IMG/VR virus record: IMGVR_UViG_3300005323_000038
Reading direction: 5' to 3' (one strand)
Source of the DNA: an uncultured virus (IMG/VR IMGVR_UViG_3300005323_000038)
Taxonomy: Duplodnaviria; Heunggongvirae; Uroviricota; Caudoviricetes
DNA: 53,851 nucleotides
Positions 38,984 to 49,299 of the stretch are shown here, piece after piece (position 1 is the first letter of the stretch; each line of letters opens with the position of its first letter). The translations under genes were made by a program, and so were the position numbers. The notes below the pieces were generated by a model. The model did not search any database. It was not told the DNA's origin and worked only from the letters and a program-made list of their open reading frames with translations.

Positions 38984-39012
38984 TTGACATTATATACTTT
39001 ATTTGATACAAT
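38984..39012 (+). promoter_or_regulatory. IS607 tnpA promoter
   Basis: TTGACA, 17 bp, TACAAT with an extended TG. Confidence 0.7.
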
Positions 39013-39031
39013 AGAAAAGGAGGTGATACTA

Positions 39032-39631
39032 ATGGATATTTTAAAACCAAAAGAAATAGCAAAAATATTAAATGTAACGGTAAATACTTTGCAGAGATGG
39101 GATAGAGAAAATATCTTTGTCGCTAAAAGAACTCCTAAAACTAATAGACGATACTATACAGAAGAACAATTAAATGATTTCTTAGGTAAGAAAAACAGGG
39201 TATCAAATGATATTGTTATTTATGCAAGAGTTTCAAATAATAATCAAAAAGATGATTTGAAAAACCAAATTGATTATTTAAAGAATTATGCCAATGGCAA
39301 AGGATACTGTATTTCAGAAGTAATAAGTGATATTGGAAGTGGTTTAAATTATAATAGAAAAAATTGGAACTTACTTTTAAAAAATATTTTAACCAAAAAA
39401 ATATCAAAAATTATAATATCGCATAAAGATAGATTTATAAGATTTGGTTTTGACTGGTTTTCTAATTTTGCAAATATGTACGGTTGCGAAATAGAGATAG
39501 TAAATAATGAAATTACAAGCCCTCAAGAAGAGATGGTAAAAGATTTAATAAGCATAATTCATGTGTTTTCATGCAGAATTTATGGATTAAGAAAATATAA
39601 AAATCAGATTTCTGGTGATAAAGCATTATGA
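39032..39631 (+). CDS. tnpA: IS607 transposase (MerR-like HTH plus serine recombinase)
   Basis: AKILNVTVNTLQRWD HTH; IYARVS catalytic Ser; DRFIRFGF; AGGAGG RBS. Confidence 0.92.
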   Translation: MDILKPKEIAKILNVTVNTLQRWDRENIFVAKRTPKTNRRYYTEEQLNDFLGKKNRVSNDIVIYARVSNNNQKDDLKNQIDYLKNYANGKGYCISEVISDIGSGLNYNRKNWNLLLKNILTKKISKIIISHKDRFIRFGFDWFSNFANMYGCEIEIVNNEITSPQEEMVKDLISIIHVFSCRIYGLRKYKNQISGDKAL

Positions 39632-40785
39632 AAACATATAAAACAGAAATAATTTTATCACCAAAACAAATTGAGTTATTCAATAAAACAGTCGGAACTT
39701 GTAGATTTATTTATAATTTATATATTGCCGAAAACAAAACATTATACGAATTAAATAAAAATAATGAGTTTAAGAAGTTTTTAAATAATTCGGAATTTTC
39801 AAAATATTTAAATCATGAATACTTATTAAATAATCCAGATAAGTTATGGATTAAAGAGGTATCAAGCAAAGCAATAAGAAATTCTATTGATAATGCTTAT
39901 ATAGCATTTAATAAGTTTTTTAAAGGGCTAAGCAAATTCCCAAAATTCAAAAAGAAAGGAAAATCAAATGAATCATATTACTTCACAAGATCATCGGTAG
40001 TCCAAAGAATAACTTTTGAAAGACACAGAATCAAAATACCATGCTTAGGGTTTGTTAAATTAAAAGAATATGGTTATATCCCTAAATCTGAAAATATAAT
40101 AAGTGGTAGAATTATTAGAAAAGCTAATAAATATTTTATCTCTTTGATAACAGACGGTGAATTAAAAATAAAAGAAAACAATTATAATGAAGGTATAGGA
40201 ATTGATTTAGGAATAAAAGATTTTGCGATTATATCTAATGGACAAACTTTCAAAAATATCAATAAAACAAGCAAAGTCAAAAGCATCGAAAAAAGACTAA
40301 AACGAGAACAAAGAAAATTATCTCGTAAATTTAAAAATAAGAAAAAAGGAGATGCTACAGGACAAAACCTGAAGAGTCAAATTGTCCGAGTTCAAAGGTT
40401 GCATTTAAGATTGTCTAATATTAGAGAAAACTATCATAATCAAGTAGCAAATGCTTTGGTAAAAGCCAAACCAGAGTATATAACAATAGAAAATCTCAAT
40501 ATTAGAGGGATGATGAAAAATCGACATCTATCTAAGGCAATATCAAGACAAGGGTTTAATAAATTTATTGAAAAGTTAAAATTTAAATGCTATGAAAATT
40601 CCATACAATTAAGACAAGTTGATAGATTTTATCCATCAAGTAAAACTTGCAGTAATTGTGGAAACATAAAGAAAGACTTAAAACTTTCAGATAGAATTTA
40701 TAAATGTTCTTGTGGATTAACAATAGATAGAGATTTAAACGCCGCAATAAACCTTAAAAATGCAAAAGAATATAAAATAACATAA
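39628..40785 (+). CDS. tnpB: TnpB RNA-guided nuclease
   Basis: RuvC-I GIDLG, RuvC-II IENL, Zn finger CSNC/CSCG, RuvC-III DRDLNAA; all catalytic residues present. Confidence 0.92.
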   Translation: MKTYKTEIILSPKQIELFNKTVGTCRFIYNLYIAENKTLYELNKNNEFKKFLNNSEFSKYLNHEYLLNNPDKLWIKEVSSKAIRNSIDNAYIAFNKFFKGLSKFPKFKKKGKSNESYYFTRSSVVQRITFERHRIKIPCLGFVKLKEYGYIPKSENIISGRIIRKANKYFISLITDGELKIKENNYNEGIGIDLGIKDFAIISNGQTFKNINKTSKVKSIEKRLKREQRKLSRKFKNKKKGDATGQNLKSQIVRVQRLHLRLSNIRENYHNQVANALVKAKPEYITIENLNIRGMMKNRHLSKAISRQGFNKFIEKLKFKCYENSIQLRQVDRFYPSSKTCSNCGNIKKDLKLSDRIYKCSCGLTIDRDLNAAINLKNAKEYKIT

Positions 40786-40947
40786 TCAAGTTATTTATAT
40801 TATGTACCGTGGGCTACACGGGAATTTACGCCTTTGGACTGTTATACAAACGATAGTAGTTTTACGAAATCGGACAGGTTGAAGAAGGAATTATCTTAAA
40901 TATATTTAAATATATTTAACGTAGCAGACGATGATGATGAAATGTAC
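40766..40947 (+). ncRNA. TnpB omegaRNA (reRNA) plus predicted guide
   Basis: Structured right end overlapping the tnpB stop; scaffold ends at 40927; guide predicted as ACGATGATGATGAAATGTAC. Confidence 0.75.
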
Positions 40948-41146
40948 AAAAGAAACTAAATTCTTGAAAGACCATATAATAATTTGTAAGCCAAAATTTG
41001 TAATGGATGAATATGGCATGGAGGAAATGCAAGATGTTGTTGAAGCTATTGATGTTGAATCGGAAAGTAAAATAATAACTCATCGCCCAATTATAATAGA
41101 GGACGAGGACTCTAATCAGTTAGTAATTTTACCATTAAGTTATTAA
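40931..41146 (+). CDS. Hypothetical protein (RBS displaced by the IS607 insertion)
   Basis: ORF starts 3 nt after the IS right end. Confidence 0.55.
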   Translation: MMMKCTKETKFLKDHIIICKPKFVMDEYGMEEMQDVVEAIDVESESKIITHRPIIIEDEDSNQLVILPLSY

Positions 41147-41163
41147 TAAAGGAAGGTGATACT

Positions 41164-41769
41164 ATGCCACCAATACCAATAAAAGTTACAATCATCTGCA
41201 AAATTCCATTCAATTTATGGGCGCAAGAAAAAGTCTTTGCAAAGATTGAACAATGCGTAAAGATAAAGCACCAAATGAACGCTGAATATTTTGCGAAGCA
41301 TTGTTGGAATCTAAATTCATTGCAGAAAGGGTTAAAATCAGCTTTAAGAATTGAAGTGTCAGGTAATGTTGATTTCTCATTCAATGTTAAAATGAAAGGA
41401 ACAAGTAGTAAAACAGCGGATCAACTTGAATATTATTTTGGAAAAGACGATGGACAATATAAACTGAAAATTCCTAAAGAAGATATTGAAGCAGACTTTG
41501 ATCCGGTAAAAAACAAAGAGGTTAAAGTTGTTATTATTGGAGAGGAGGGTAAGGCGGAACTCGAAAGAGTTATTCTATCACACGATAACAAGAAACTTGA
41601 AATTATAACAGCGTTCAAAGATGGGAATGAAATAAAGTTAGAAAATCTAAGACAACTTACCTTGCCTGAACAAAAAATATTTACATCTGACTTAAAAAAT
41701 AATCTTGGAGTATTTGTAAATAATACTAATAATACAGACTATAACAATCTGTCGGAAATTGCTGATTAA
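41164..41769 (+). CDS. Hypothetical protein
   Basis: AAGGTG RBS. Confidence 0.6.
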   Translation: MPPIPIKVTIICKIPFNLWAQEKVFAKIEQCVKIKHQMNAEYFAKHCWNLNSLQKGLKSALRIEVSGNVDFSFNVKMKGTSSKTADQLEYYFGKDDGQYKLKIPKEDIEADFDPVKNKEVKVVIIGEEGKAELERVILSHDNKKLEIITAFKDGNEIKLENLRQLTLPEQKIFTSDLKNNLGVFVNNTNNTDYNNLSEIAD

Positions 41770-41857
41770 AAATTAAACATATTTTATAAATTCTAAAAAT
41801 GTGTTTACTTATTTTTTATTTTTTGATAGCATATATTTTCATACAAGGGAGGAGAAA

Positions 41858-42085
41858 ATGTCAAAAACCAGTAATAACAATCTTATTGATGACGAAGCCA
41901 TTTCAAACACAAGCATTTCTTGTAAAATTTCAGAAGCAAATATGAAAAAATTTAGATCAATTGGGGTAATGAGAGGGCATAGAACCTTAGCAAAAGCCGT
42001 TGCGGAAGCTATGATGGAATATATCAAATTACACGAAAACGAATTACAAATAAAAAAGGAGCAAGTTGAAAATGGAGACAAATAA
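41858..42085 (+). CDS. Small putative DNA-binding protein (ribbon-helix-helix-like)
   Basis: ISCKISE..MKKF......TLAKAVAEAMMEYI pattern; GGAGG RBS. Confidence 0.5.
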   Translation: MSKTSNNNLIDDEAISNTSISCKISEANMKKFRSIGVMRGHRTLAKAVAEAMMEYIKLHENELQIKKEQVENGDK

Positions 42086-43091
42086 TCAACCATTACAGAA
42101 TGTTAAAGAAGTAAAAGAATTGATTTCGCCATTTGCAAAAGTTACAGAGAGTCTTTTTATGACCCCCACAATCGGTAAAATTTCAGAGGCCATAGCAATA
42201 TCTCAGTTAAACCTTGAAAAAGTGTTAAAGAATACTAATAATGCTTTTTTTAGGTCAAAATATGCAGATTTGGCAACAGTTATTGATGTTACAAAGGAAT
42301 TTGCAAAAAATGGCATTGCTATAACACAGCATCCATTTGAATCATCAGATGGTAAAAAGGTTGGAGTTACAACCGTCCTTTCACATTCTTCTGGCGAATC
42401 AATGGGTTCGACGCTAGAAATGTTTCCCGTAGAAATGATAAAAGACAAAAACGGAGATACAGTTTTTCTTCCGATTACACAAATAAAACCTCAGACAATT
42501 GGCGCAACTATAACGTATATAAGAAGATACGCTCTTGCTGCCTTAGCTAATGTCGCTCAGGAAGATGACGATGGCAACGCCGCTTCTGGAAGACCACAAA
42601 CCCAAACAAATCAGCAACATACTGAACAAAGGCAATCTAATCCTCCCGTTCAGCCAGTCCAACCGCAACAAAAGAACCCAGAACCTCAACCTGCACAACC
42701 ACAGAAACAACAGCCCGCCCAACCAAAAACTGCTGAAGAGCAATTAATGGCTGAGAAAAAAGTAAGACTTGAAAAACTTCCAAATATGATTTCTCAAAAC
42801 GAATGGTTCGCGTTAGATACAGAGGCAAGTCCTAAGTTCGGAAAGCCGAATGGTAAAGCTGGCATGCAGGAAATCGTTAAATTCGTTTGTAATTCAAAAG
42901 AAAGAGTTGACCCTGCTTCAATGACAATTGAACAGATTGATGAAGTTTTAAGACTTGCAAATTACATCTGTGAGTTCTTTAAAAATGGGGGTCAGCCTGG
43001 AGCTGGCCCGGCTGATGTATGGATTGGGAATATGCACAAAGCATTAAATAATCCTGACAAAAAAGAAGTCGGCAAATATGATATGTTTTAA
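42066..43091 (+). CDS. erf: ERF-family single-strand annealing protein
   Basis: N.FFRSKYADL, GIAITQ, GATITYIRRYAL, EDDDGNAA. Confidence 0.88.
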   Translation: MKMETNNQPLQNVKEVKELISPFAKVTESLFMTPTIGKISEAIAISQLNLEKVLKNTNNAFFRSKYADLATVIDVTKEFAKNGIAITQHPFESSDGKKVGVTTVLSHSSGESMGSTLEMFPVEMIKDKNGDTVFLPITQIKPQTIGATITYIRRYALAALANVAQEDDDGNAASGRPQTQTNQQHTEQRQSNPPVQPVQPQQKNPEPQPAQPQKQQPAQPKTAEEQLMAEKKVRLEKLPNMISQNEWFALDTEASPKFGKPNGKAGMQEIVKFVCNSKERVDPASMTIEQIDEVLRLANYICEFFKNGGQPGAGPADVWIGNMHKALNNPDKKEVGKYDMF

Positions 43092-43107
43092 GGAAGTGAA
43101 GAGATAA

Positions 43108-44460
43108 ATGGTTGGCAAGGAAAAAGAAAATGTTCCAGATATTCAAGAAGATGTAGGATCTCTCGATTCTCAAAGAAGAACTGAACTTGACCTTCTTTCT
43201 CTTGCCATCCGATTTCCTGAATTGGTTTCGGTAATCCAAGACAGACTTAATCCAGAGCATGTTTCAGATTCAGAAGCAGGGAAAATAATAAAAGACTTTA
43301 TACTTGAACGCGGTGTTGCTCCAATAGAAACAACGGTTCAAGATTTGTTTAGCGATTTATCTTATACAATAAATAAAAAACTTGATAAAAAAGATACCAT
43401 CCGTGTAATTGATAATATCGCGATTGCTTTTAAAACTGAATATGCTAAAAGGTCTCTTCCGTTAAAGATAGCAAAGTCAAAATCTCTTCAAGATACAAGA
43501 GAAATATTAATAAAGTCATTTGCTATTCTGGCAGAAGAAAACATCGATGAAAGAACATCGAATGTAGAAGAATATCGAAGCGAATTCTGGACTGAGTATG
43601 GACAAGATAACGGCATGCTTAAATGCGGAATAGAACCGATTGACGCATCGCTTGATGGTGGCTTTCAATATACTGACTTAGTTGTTATATCTGCCGAAAC
43701 AGGACTTGGTAAAACGGCATTTGTATTGCAAGTATTAGATCACTTTTCAAAGAGTCAGAAAACAAAAGTTGCCTTATTTGAAATGGAAATGAAAAGATCA
43801 AAGTTGCTAACAAGACTTGCCGGGGCAGACTGTGAAAATGTTAATTGCACAGATATAATAAATAAGAGAATGAATAAAGAACAGGAAAAAGAAGTTGATG
43901 ATTTTTTAAAGAACTTTGCAAAAAGAAAAAACTCATTCTTCATTATTGATGATGTATTTGACTATAACTCAATAAAAATGAAAATGAGAAAACTTGCGGC
44001 AATGGGAGTTAAGGTCTTTGCAATAGATTATCTTCAGCTTATGATGGAAGATCCGTCAAGCGTTAAATTAGTTGAAATCATTACAAGGGGACTTAAACAA
44101 TTAGCAATGAAGTTAAATGTAATGGTAATTTTAATCGTACAGTTTAAGTATAAAGATGATACAAAAATGATCCAGGACAAAGTAGTAAAGAGAGAGCCAG
44201 AGCTTCAAGATATGAAAGGTGGTTCGGCTTTATCTCAAAATGCTGATAGAGTATTCTTTCTATGGCATGATCCAAAGCTTTGTGAGAATGAAATGGTAAA
44301 CGAATACCATATTGAATTCCTTGCAAAGAAAGAAAGAAGCGGAACGGCGTTTAGAAAATATATAAAGTTCATAAGAAATAAACAGAAGTTTACTTCATGC
44401 GAGCCAGGGTTTATGCCTCCTTGGAAGCAAAATGAACCTCCAAAATTTAAGAAAGGGTGA
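43108..44460 (+). CDS. dnaB: DnaB-like (SF4) replicative helicase
   Basis: Walker A AETGLGKT; FEMEM; IDYLQLM; LK.LA..L; DMKGGSALSQNAD. Confidence 0.88.
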   Translation: MVGKEKENVPDIQEDVGSLDSQRRTELDLLSLAIRFPELVSVIQDRLNPEHVSDSEAGKIIKDFILERGVAPIETTVQDLFSDLSYTINKKLDKKDTIRVIDNIAIAFKTEYAKRSLPLKIAKSKSLQDTREILIKSFAILAEENIDERTSNVEEYRSEFWTEYGQDNGMLKCGIEPIDASLDGGFQYTDLVVISAETGLGKTAFVLQVLDHFSKSQKTKVALFEMEMKRSKLLTRLAGADCENVNCTDIINKRMNKEQEKEVDDFLKNFAKRKNSFFIIDDVFDYNSIKMKMRKLAAMGVKVFAIDYLQLMMEDPSSVKLVEIITRGLKQLAMKLNVMVILIVQFKYKDDTKMIQDKVVKREPELQDMKGGSALSQNADRVFFLWHDPKLCENEMVNEYHIEFLAKKERSGTAFRKYIKFIRNKQKFTSCEPGFMPPWKQNEPPKFKKG

Positions 44461-44996
44461 TGTTAATGCCAGAAAGATGTTTTCATTGTAAAAGAAGTTT
44501 GAACAAAAAATTTAGAGTAAAGGTTGACAATAATATTTATTGTGCAACATGCTACGAGAAACTTAAAAAGTCAGGAGAAATAAAGTCTAAAATTCCTGAA
44601 TTAAACTTAAAACCTCAAAAGGCAAAGCATAAATGTAAATGCAACAATAGTTGTTGCGAAAACAAAAAAGTTTCCAAAGCAGAACAAATGACAAATGATT
44701 TTATAAAAACTTTTAAAGACTTTAATGGGCCGCGTTCTATAACGATACAAATAGCAAATGGGCTGATTGAAACTAAGATTGACCTTACAAACGAAATCGG
44801 AGCAGAAATTAAATCATATAAAAATAACATAAAACACTTATGCTGCGAAGAAACTCTTAAAGGCATAATGAAAGCAATATTTGATCAGCATGAGAGAGAA
44901 GATAAACTTAAAAAAGAAATGCTAAATCATATGCTAAAAGGTAATTTGCAAACAATTCAGGAACAGATTAAACAAAATGAAAAGGAGATGGAGTAA
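44457..44996 (+). CDS. Hypothetical protein with N-terminal zinc finger
   Basis: CFHC...CATC. Confidence 0.6.
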   Translation: MMLMPERCFHCKRSLNKKFRVKVDNNIYCATCYEKLKKSGEIKSKIPELNLKPQKAKHKCKCNNSCCENKKVSKAEQMTNDFIKTFKDFNGPRSITIQIANGLIETKIDLTNEIGAEIKSYKNNIKHLCCEETLKGIMKAIFDQHEREDKLKKEMLNHMLKGNLQTIQEQIKQNEKEME

Positions 44997-45409
44997 TGAG
45001 TAACACTTCAGGATTATTTATCACAACAATTAAATTTAGGGTTCTTGGACAGGAAAAGAAATTTTACAAATTCATGGTTGAATTCAACAATGTGTTGCAG
45101 ATTCATGGCAGTATAATGTATTCAACTAAAAACAGTAATTGGTTTGTGTCATGGCCGGCAGAAACATATGAAGGGAAGGATAAAGTTAAAAAATACAACA
45201 ATTTAGTTTACATTGATAATAAATCCTCAAAAGATGCCGTTGACAATAAAATATTATCATCATTCAATAATGGCGATCCAAGAGATTTTTATTCAGGAGA
45301 CTCTACCTACAATGCAAGACAGGATGCTAAAAAGAATAATAGCGGATATCAACAGAATAATCAGCCTCAACAACAGCCTCCGCAAGATTCTGGTTCATAC
45401 GGCATTTAG
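44996..45409 (+). CDS. SpoVG-like / ssDNA-binding protein
   Basis: IHG.I......FVSWP....Y pattern of the SpoVG fold; Q/N-rich tail; located in the replication module. Confidence 0.5.
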   Translation: MSNTSGLFITTIKFRVLGQEKKFYKFMVEFNNVLQIHGSIMYSTKNSNWFVSWPAETYEGKDKVKKYNNLVYIDNKSSKDAVDNKILSSFNNGDPRDFYSGDSTYNARQDAKKNNSGYQQNNQPQQQPPQDSGSYGI

Positions 45410-45460
45410 TTAATAAATATGGTGGTAACATGGAGGTTGCCACCAACAAGGAGATAAAGT

Positions 45461-48400
45461 ATGATAAGATATCATAACCATTCAGATTTCTCTTTTAAAG
45501 ATGGTCTGAGCCGTGTTGAAGATATTGTTTTAAAAGCAAAAGAATTTGGAGATACATCAGTCTGTATAACTGATCATGGTCAAATGGGTTCTTCATTACT
45601 TCTTTATGAGGAATGCAAAAAGAATGGTGTTAAACCTATCTTTGGAGTTGAATTTTATATGAAAATGAGAGATGACGCTCCAGATTTAAAAGAAAGAGCG
45701 CACCTTGTTGTAATAGCAAAAAATCATCAAGGATGGCTTAATCTTCTTAAAATAAATAGAGAAGCATATGATAATTTTTATCGAGTTCCACTTATAACAT
45801 TCGATTTACTTGATAAATATAGAGAAGGATTGCTTTGTACTACAGCTTGCTTTGCTGGCCCTGTAGCTCAATTTTTGATGCAGGGTAAAACTGATATTGG
45901 ATTAGCTCAGAAACATCTTGAAAGACTTATAAATATCTTTGGGAAAGATGATGTGTTTGTAGAACTTCAGCCAAATTCAATGCCAGAACAAATTCATTTA
46001 AATCAAATGCTTTATTCTCTTGCCAAGAAATATGAACTTAAAACAAGTCTTGGACATGACAGCCATTACCTAAAACAATCTGACGCAGAAGTTCAAGAAA
46101 CATTACTTGGAATTAACTTTAAATCAAACATTAATATGCCAACTCAAGCTGAAGTTAATGCCGAAGTCGATGGAATTGAACAATCTGATGATTCGGAAGA
46201 AAAAGTCTCAAAAGTAAAAACAAGATTTGTATTTAGCACTAAAGACTTCTGGTTTATGTCAGATCAAGAAACAAAAGAAATGTTTATGAAACATCATTTT
46301 GTTGGAGATCCAGACCAAGAAAAAATATATGAAGAAATAATATATGGGAATGACGTAATTGAATCAAAAGTCGAAGAGTTTGATATAAAACCAAAGCATA
46401 ATGACCTTTTGATGCTTTACCCATTTGATAGAAATGAACAAATGTTTATTCAATTCTGTAAAGAGGCTAATGTACCGATAAGTATAATAGACCGAAATGA
46501 GATGGCATATCAATATCTAAGAATGCTGACTTATGAAGGATTCTATAACAAAGGAATAGATAAAAAAGAAAACTCACAAGAATATATCGAAAGAATAAAA
46601 CACGAGTTATCTGAAATTAAAGAGGCTGAAATAGTAGACTATCTTCTTATGGTTTGGGATATATTAAACTTTTGTAATATTTCAAAAGTGCCTACTGGGC
46701 CTGGCCGTGGCTCTGCCTCAGGATCATTAGTGGCGTATTTAGTAGGTATTCATAGTGTTGATCCTTTACAGTATGGGTTGCTATGGGAAAGATTTTATAA
46801 TGCCGGTAGAAAGGGGTCAATGCCAGATGTTGATATTGATTTATCTCAAAAAGATCGCCATAAAGTTATAGAATATTTAAAACAAAAATATGGAGAAAAG
46901 AATACTGGACATATTTGTAATTATACATACTTCTCTCCAAAAAATACTTTTAAATATATTATGAAATTCTATGGCTTTGAGTTTGATGAATTAAATAAAG
47001 CAATCGCTGGCATTAATGCTTTAAACTATGACGAGAATGAGGCAAAAGACAGAAACCTTAGTCGTGATGCCGCTCTCATAAATGAGTTAATAAAACATCC
47101 AAATGTTCAAGAAATAATAAATAAAAGTCCGTATAAAGATAAAATAATACGAGATTGCATGTCAATTGTTGGCGGCGTTGCCAATATGTCGGTTCATGCT
47201 TCTGGTATAGTTATAACAGCAAAACCACTTACCGATCTATGCCCAGTGATGATAAGAGAAAAGAATAAGGATATGCAAACTGCTATGTGGGATATGGCAA
47301 TGCTTGATAGTTGTGGGTTCTTAAAGATTGACTTACTTGGTGTCGAAGTTCTTGACGTAATAGATGACTGCTTGAAATTAATCAAAAAAAGAAAAGGAAT
47401 TGATATCGATTGGAAGAACCTACCGCTCAATGATGAATCAGCTTTAAAAATATTTCAGAGAGGAGATACAACCGGAGTATTTCAATTCGATTATGGCAAA
47501 GAACTTCAAAGATGGGCTTTTAAATTTAAACCAAAAGACTTTGCAGATATATGTGCCTTAACCGCTTTAGCTCGTCCTGGGGCAAAAGAATTTCTTGAAG
47601 TATATCAGCAGAACAGAGGTAAGGATGAAAGTCATATTGTAGCCCCTGACATTGATGCTTTAAAGGTACTAAAGGATACAAACTATGTAGTTGCATATCA
47701 GGAACAACAGATGGCCTTATCAAGAGTTCTATGCGGTTTCTCTTTGAAAGAAGCTGATAATTTAAGAAAGATTATTGCTAAAAAGAAAATCGACAAATTA
47801 GAAGAAATGAGGTTGAAATTTGTAAATGGGTATATTAAACAACATTCGGATAAAATGTCAGAAGAATCGGCAGCCACAAAAGCTAATGACGTATGGAACG
47901 AATATTTTGCTTCATGTTCTTATACTTTTAACAAGTCTCATGCTGTTGCGTATAGCGTTACTTCTTATGCTACGGCGTGGTTAAAAGCACATTATCCAAT
48001 AGAATTTATGTGTAGCGTTCTTAATCATAATAATAATGGCAAAAGAGATGAACTTACCCCTTATATACTTGAAACGATAAGAATGGGATTAAAGTTTAAA
48101 CCTCCATCATGGGAACATGTTTGTTATGATTTTGAAATTGATAATAATGACGTTATTCATGCCGGTCTTTCAAGTATAAAAGGAGTCTCTGAGGCAGATT
48201 ACAATACTATAAAGAACTTTGGTATTAATGAGGCGTTGCTGAGAGAACTAAATAAAAATAAGTACGAAGCGTTAGTAAACTGTGGTTTTATGGATGGATT
48301 TGGAGAAAGCAATAGAAATGAGAAAATTGCTAATATCCAAAGATATCGAGATTGGATGATTCAAAGAGAACAATATGAAGCGAGAAAGGAGAAAGATGCA

Positions 48401-49036
48401 ATAAAGCTAAAAGAATATGAGAACAAAATGGACAAATATAAGCAGGATATGGAATTGTATCAAGTCAAGATTACAGAATACAATAAGTATATGCAAGAAA
48501 ATCCTGATGGTAAAAAACGTAAGCCGGCAGAACCAAAACAACCCTCATATCCAAAAATAAAACAAGAACCAGAGAAAGAACTTTTAAAAGTAACTCTTGA
48601 GGACATTCCATATAAAGATAAAGTTGCAATTGAAACTGAATTGCTTGGCTATAGTTTCTCCGATGAAAAATTCAAATATATGCCGTTTCTTTTGACCGCC
48701 ACGATAAGGAAAACAAAAGACATGGATAAGTATGAGGAAAATGAAATTGGATGCCTCTACGGTCGTATCTCTGAGATACAGAAGACAAAAAAAGAATTCA
48801 GCGAAAGAGCAAAGTTTAAAGTCATTATCGATGGAGATGATGGATTATCTGTTTCGTGTGACTACAAAGTTATTGACGCAAATCAAGACTTAATTAAAAA
48901 AGGTAATAAATGTGTAGTCCACGTTAAAATAAAGCAATTCGTTCTTGATAATTCTCATATAGTTAAATATCGAGAGGCGATGTGTGCGGAAACTTTAGAA
49001 ACTGCATATAATCGATGGTTAAAACAAAACAGTTGA
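45461..49036 (+). CDS. dnaE: DNA polymerase III alpha subunit (family C)
   Basis: PHP domain HNHSDFS..DG and TDHG; GRGSASGS; MPDVDID; KIDLLG; FNKSHAVAY. Confidence 0.95.
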   Translation: MIRYHNHSDFSFKDGLSRVEDIVLKAKEFGDTSVCITDHGQMGSSLLLYEECKKNGVKPIFGVEFYMKMRDDAPDLKERAHLVVIAKNHQGWLNLLKINREAYDNFYRVPLITFDLLDKYREGLLCTTACFAGPVAQFLMQGKTDIGLAQKHLERLINIFGKDDVFVELQPNSMPEQIHLNQMLYSLAKKYELKTSLGHDSHYLKQSDAEVQETLLGINFKSNINMPTQAEVNAEVDGIEQSDDSEEKVSKVKTRFVFSTKDFWFMSDQETKEMFMKHHFVGDPDQEKIYEEIIYGNDVIESKVEEFDIKPKHNDLLMLYPFDRNEQMFIQFCKEANVPISIIDRNEMAYQYLRMLTYEGFYNKGIDKKENSQEYIERIKHELSEIKEAEIVDYLLMVWDILNFCNISKVPTGPGRGSASGSLVAYLVGIHSVDPLQYGLLWERFYNAGRKGSMPDVDIDLSQKDRHKVIEYLKQKYGEKNTGHICNYTYFSPKNTFKYIMKFYGFEFDELNKAIAGINALNYDENEAKDRNLSRDAALINELIKHPNVQEIINKSPYKDKIIRDCMSIVGGVANMSVHASGIVITAKPLTDLCPVMIREKNKDMQTAMWDMAMLDSCGFLKIDLLGVEVLDVIDDCLKLIKKRKGIDIDWKNLPLNDESALKIFQRGDTTGVFQFDYGKELQRWAFKFKPKDFADICALTALARPGAKEFLEVYQQNRGKDESHIVAPDIDALKVLKDTNYVVAYQEQQMALSRVLCGFSLKEADNLRKIIAKKKIDKLEEMRLKFVNGYIKQHSDKMSEESAATKANDVWNEYFASCSYTFNKSHAVAYSVTSYATAWLKAHYPIEFMCSVLNHNNNGKRDELTPYILETIRMGLKFKPPSWEHVCYDFEIDNNDVIHAGLSSIKGVSEADYNTIKNFGINEALLRELNKNKYEALVNCGFMDGFGESNRNEKIANIQRYRDWMIQREQYEARKEKDAIKLKEYENKMDKYKQDMELYQVKITEYNKYMQENPDGKKRKPAEPKQPSYPKIKQEPEKELLKVTLEDIPYKDKVAIETELLGYSFSDEKFKYMPFLLTATIRKTKDMDKYEENEIGCLYGRISEIQKTKKEFSERAKFKVIIDGDDGLSVSCDYKVIDANQDLIKKGNKCVVHVKIKQFVLDNSHIVKYREAMCAETLETAYNRWLKQNS

Positions 49037-49061
49037 CAAAACTATAATTCTAAGATAAAAT
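49033..49061 (+). promoter_or_regulatory. sigma70-type promoter
   Basis: TTGACA, 17 bp, TAAAAT. Confidence 0.65.
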
Positions 49062-49091
49062 AGTATATATTAAATAAAAGGAGAAATAATT

Positions 49092-49298
49092 ATGCAATTT
49101 ACAGTAACAGTAAAAATTTCAGATAAACCCGATTCAAACAAATCATATTCAGATAAAGAGGATTTTAAAGGTCTTGTAAGCGAATTCGATATTAAGGACT
49201 TTGTTTTAGAAGTTGAAAATCTTGTTAAAGGTTCATACGAAAGATTCCTTAAAACAAAAAAGAAAAGATCAGAGAATTCTGATGAAGTAGAGGCTTAG
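49092..49298 (+). CDS. Hypothetical protein
   Basis: AAGGAG RBS after the promoter. Confidence 0.6.
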   Translation: MQFTVTVKISDKPDSNKSYSDKEDFKGLVSEFDIKDFVLEVENLVKGSYERFLKTKKKRSENSDEVEA

Positions 49299-49299
49299 T

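Larger units (their letters stand above)
38940..40927 (+). mobile_element. IS607-family element (tnpA-tnpB-omegaRNA)
   Basis: Serine-recombinase TnpA plus TnpB; right end ...GTAGCAG shared with the second copy; excision at AG restores GGAGGAG-ACG-ATG. Confidence 0.85.

Noticed and set aside
38940..40927. IStron (group I intron-IS607 hybrid)
   Set aside because: Only ~90 bp lie between the left end and tnpA, leaving no room for a group I catalytic core
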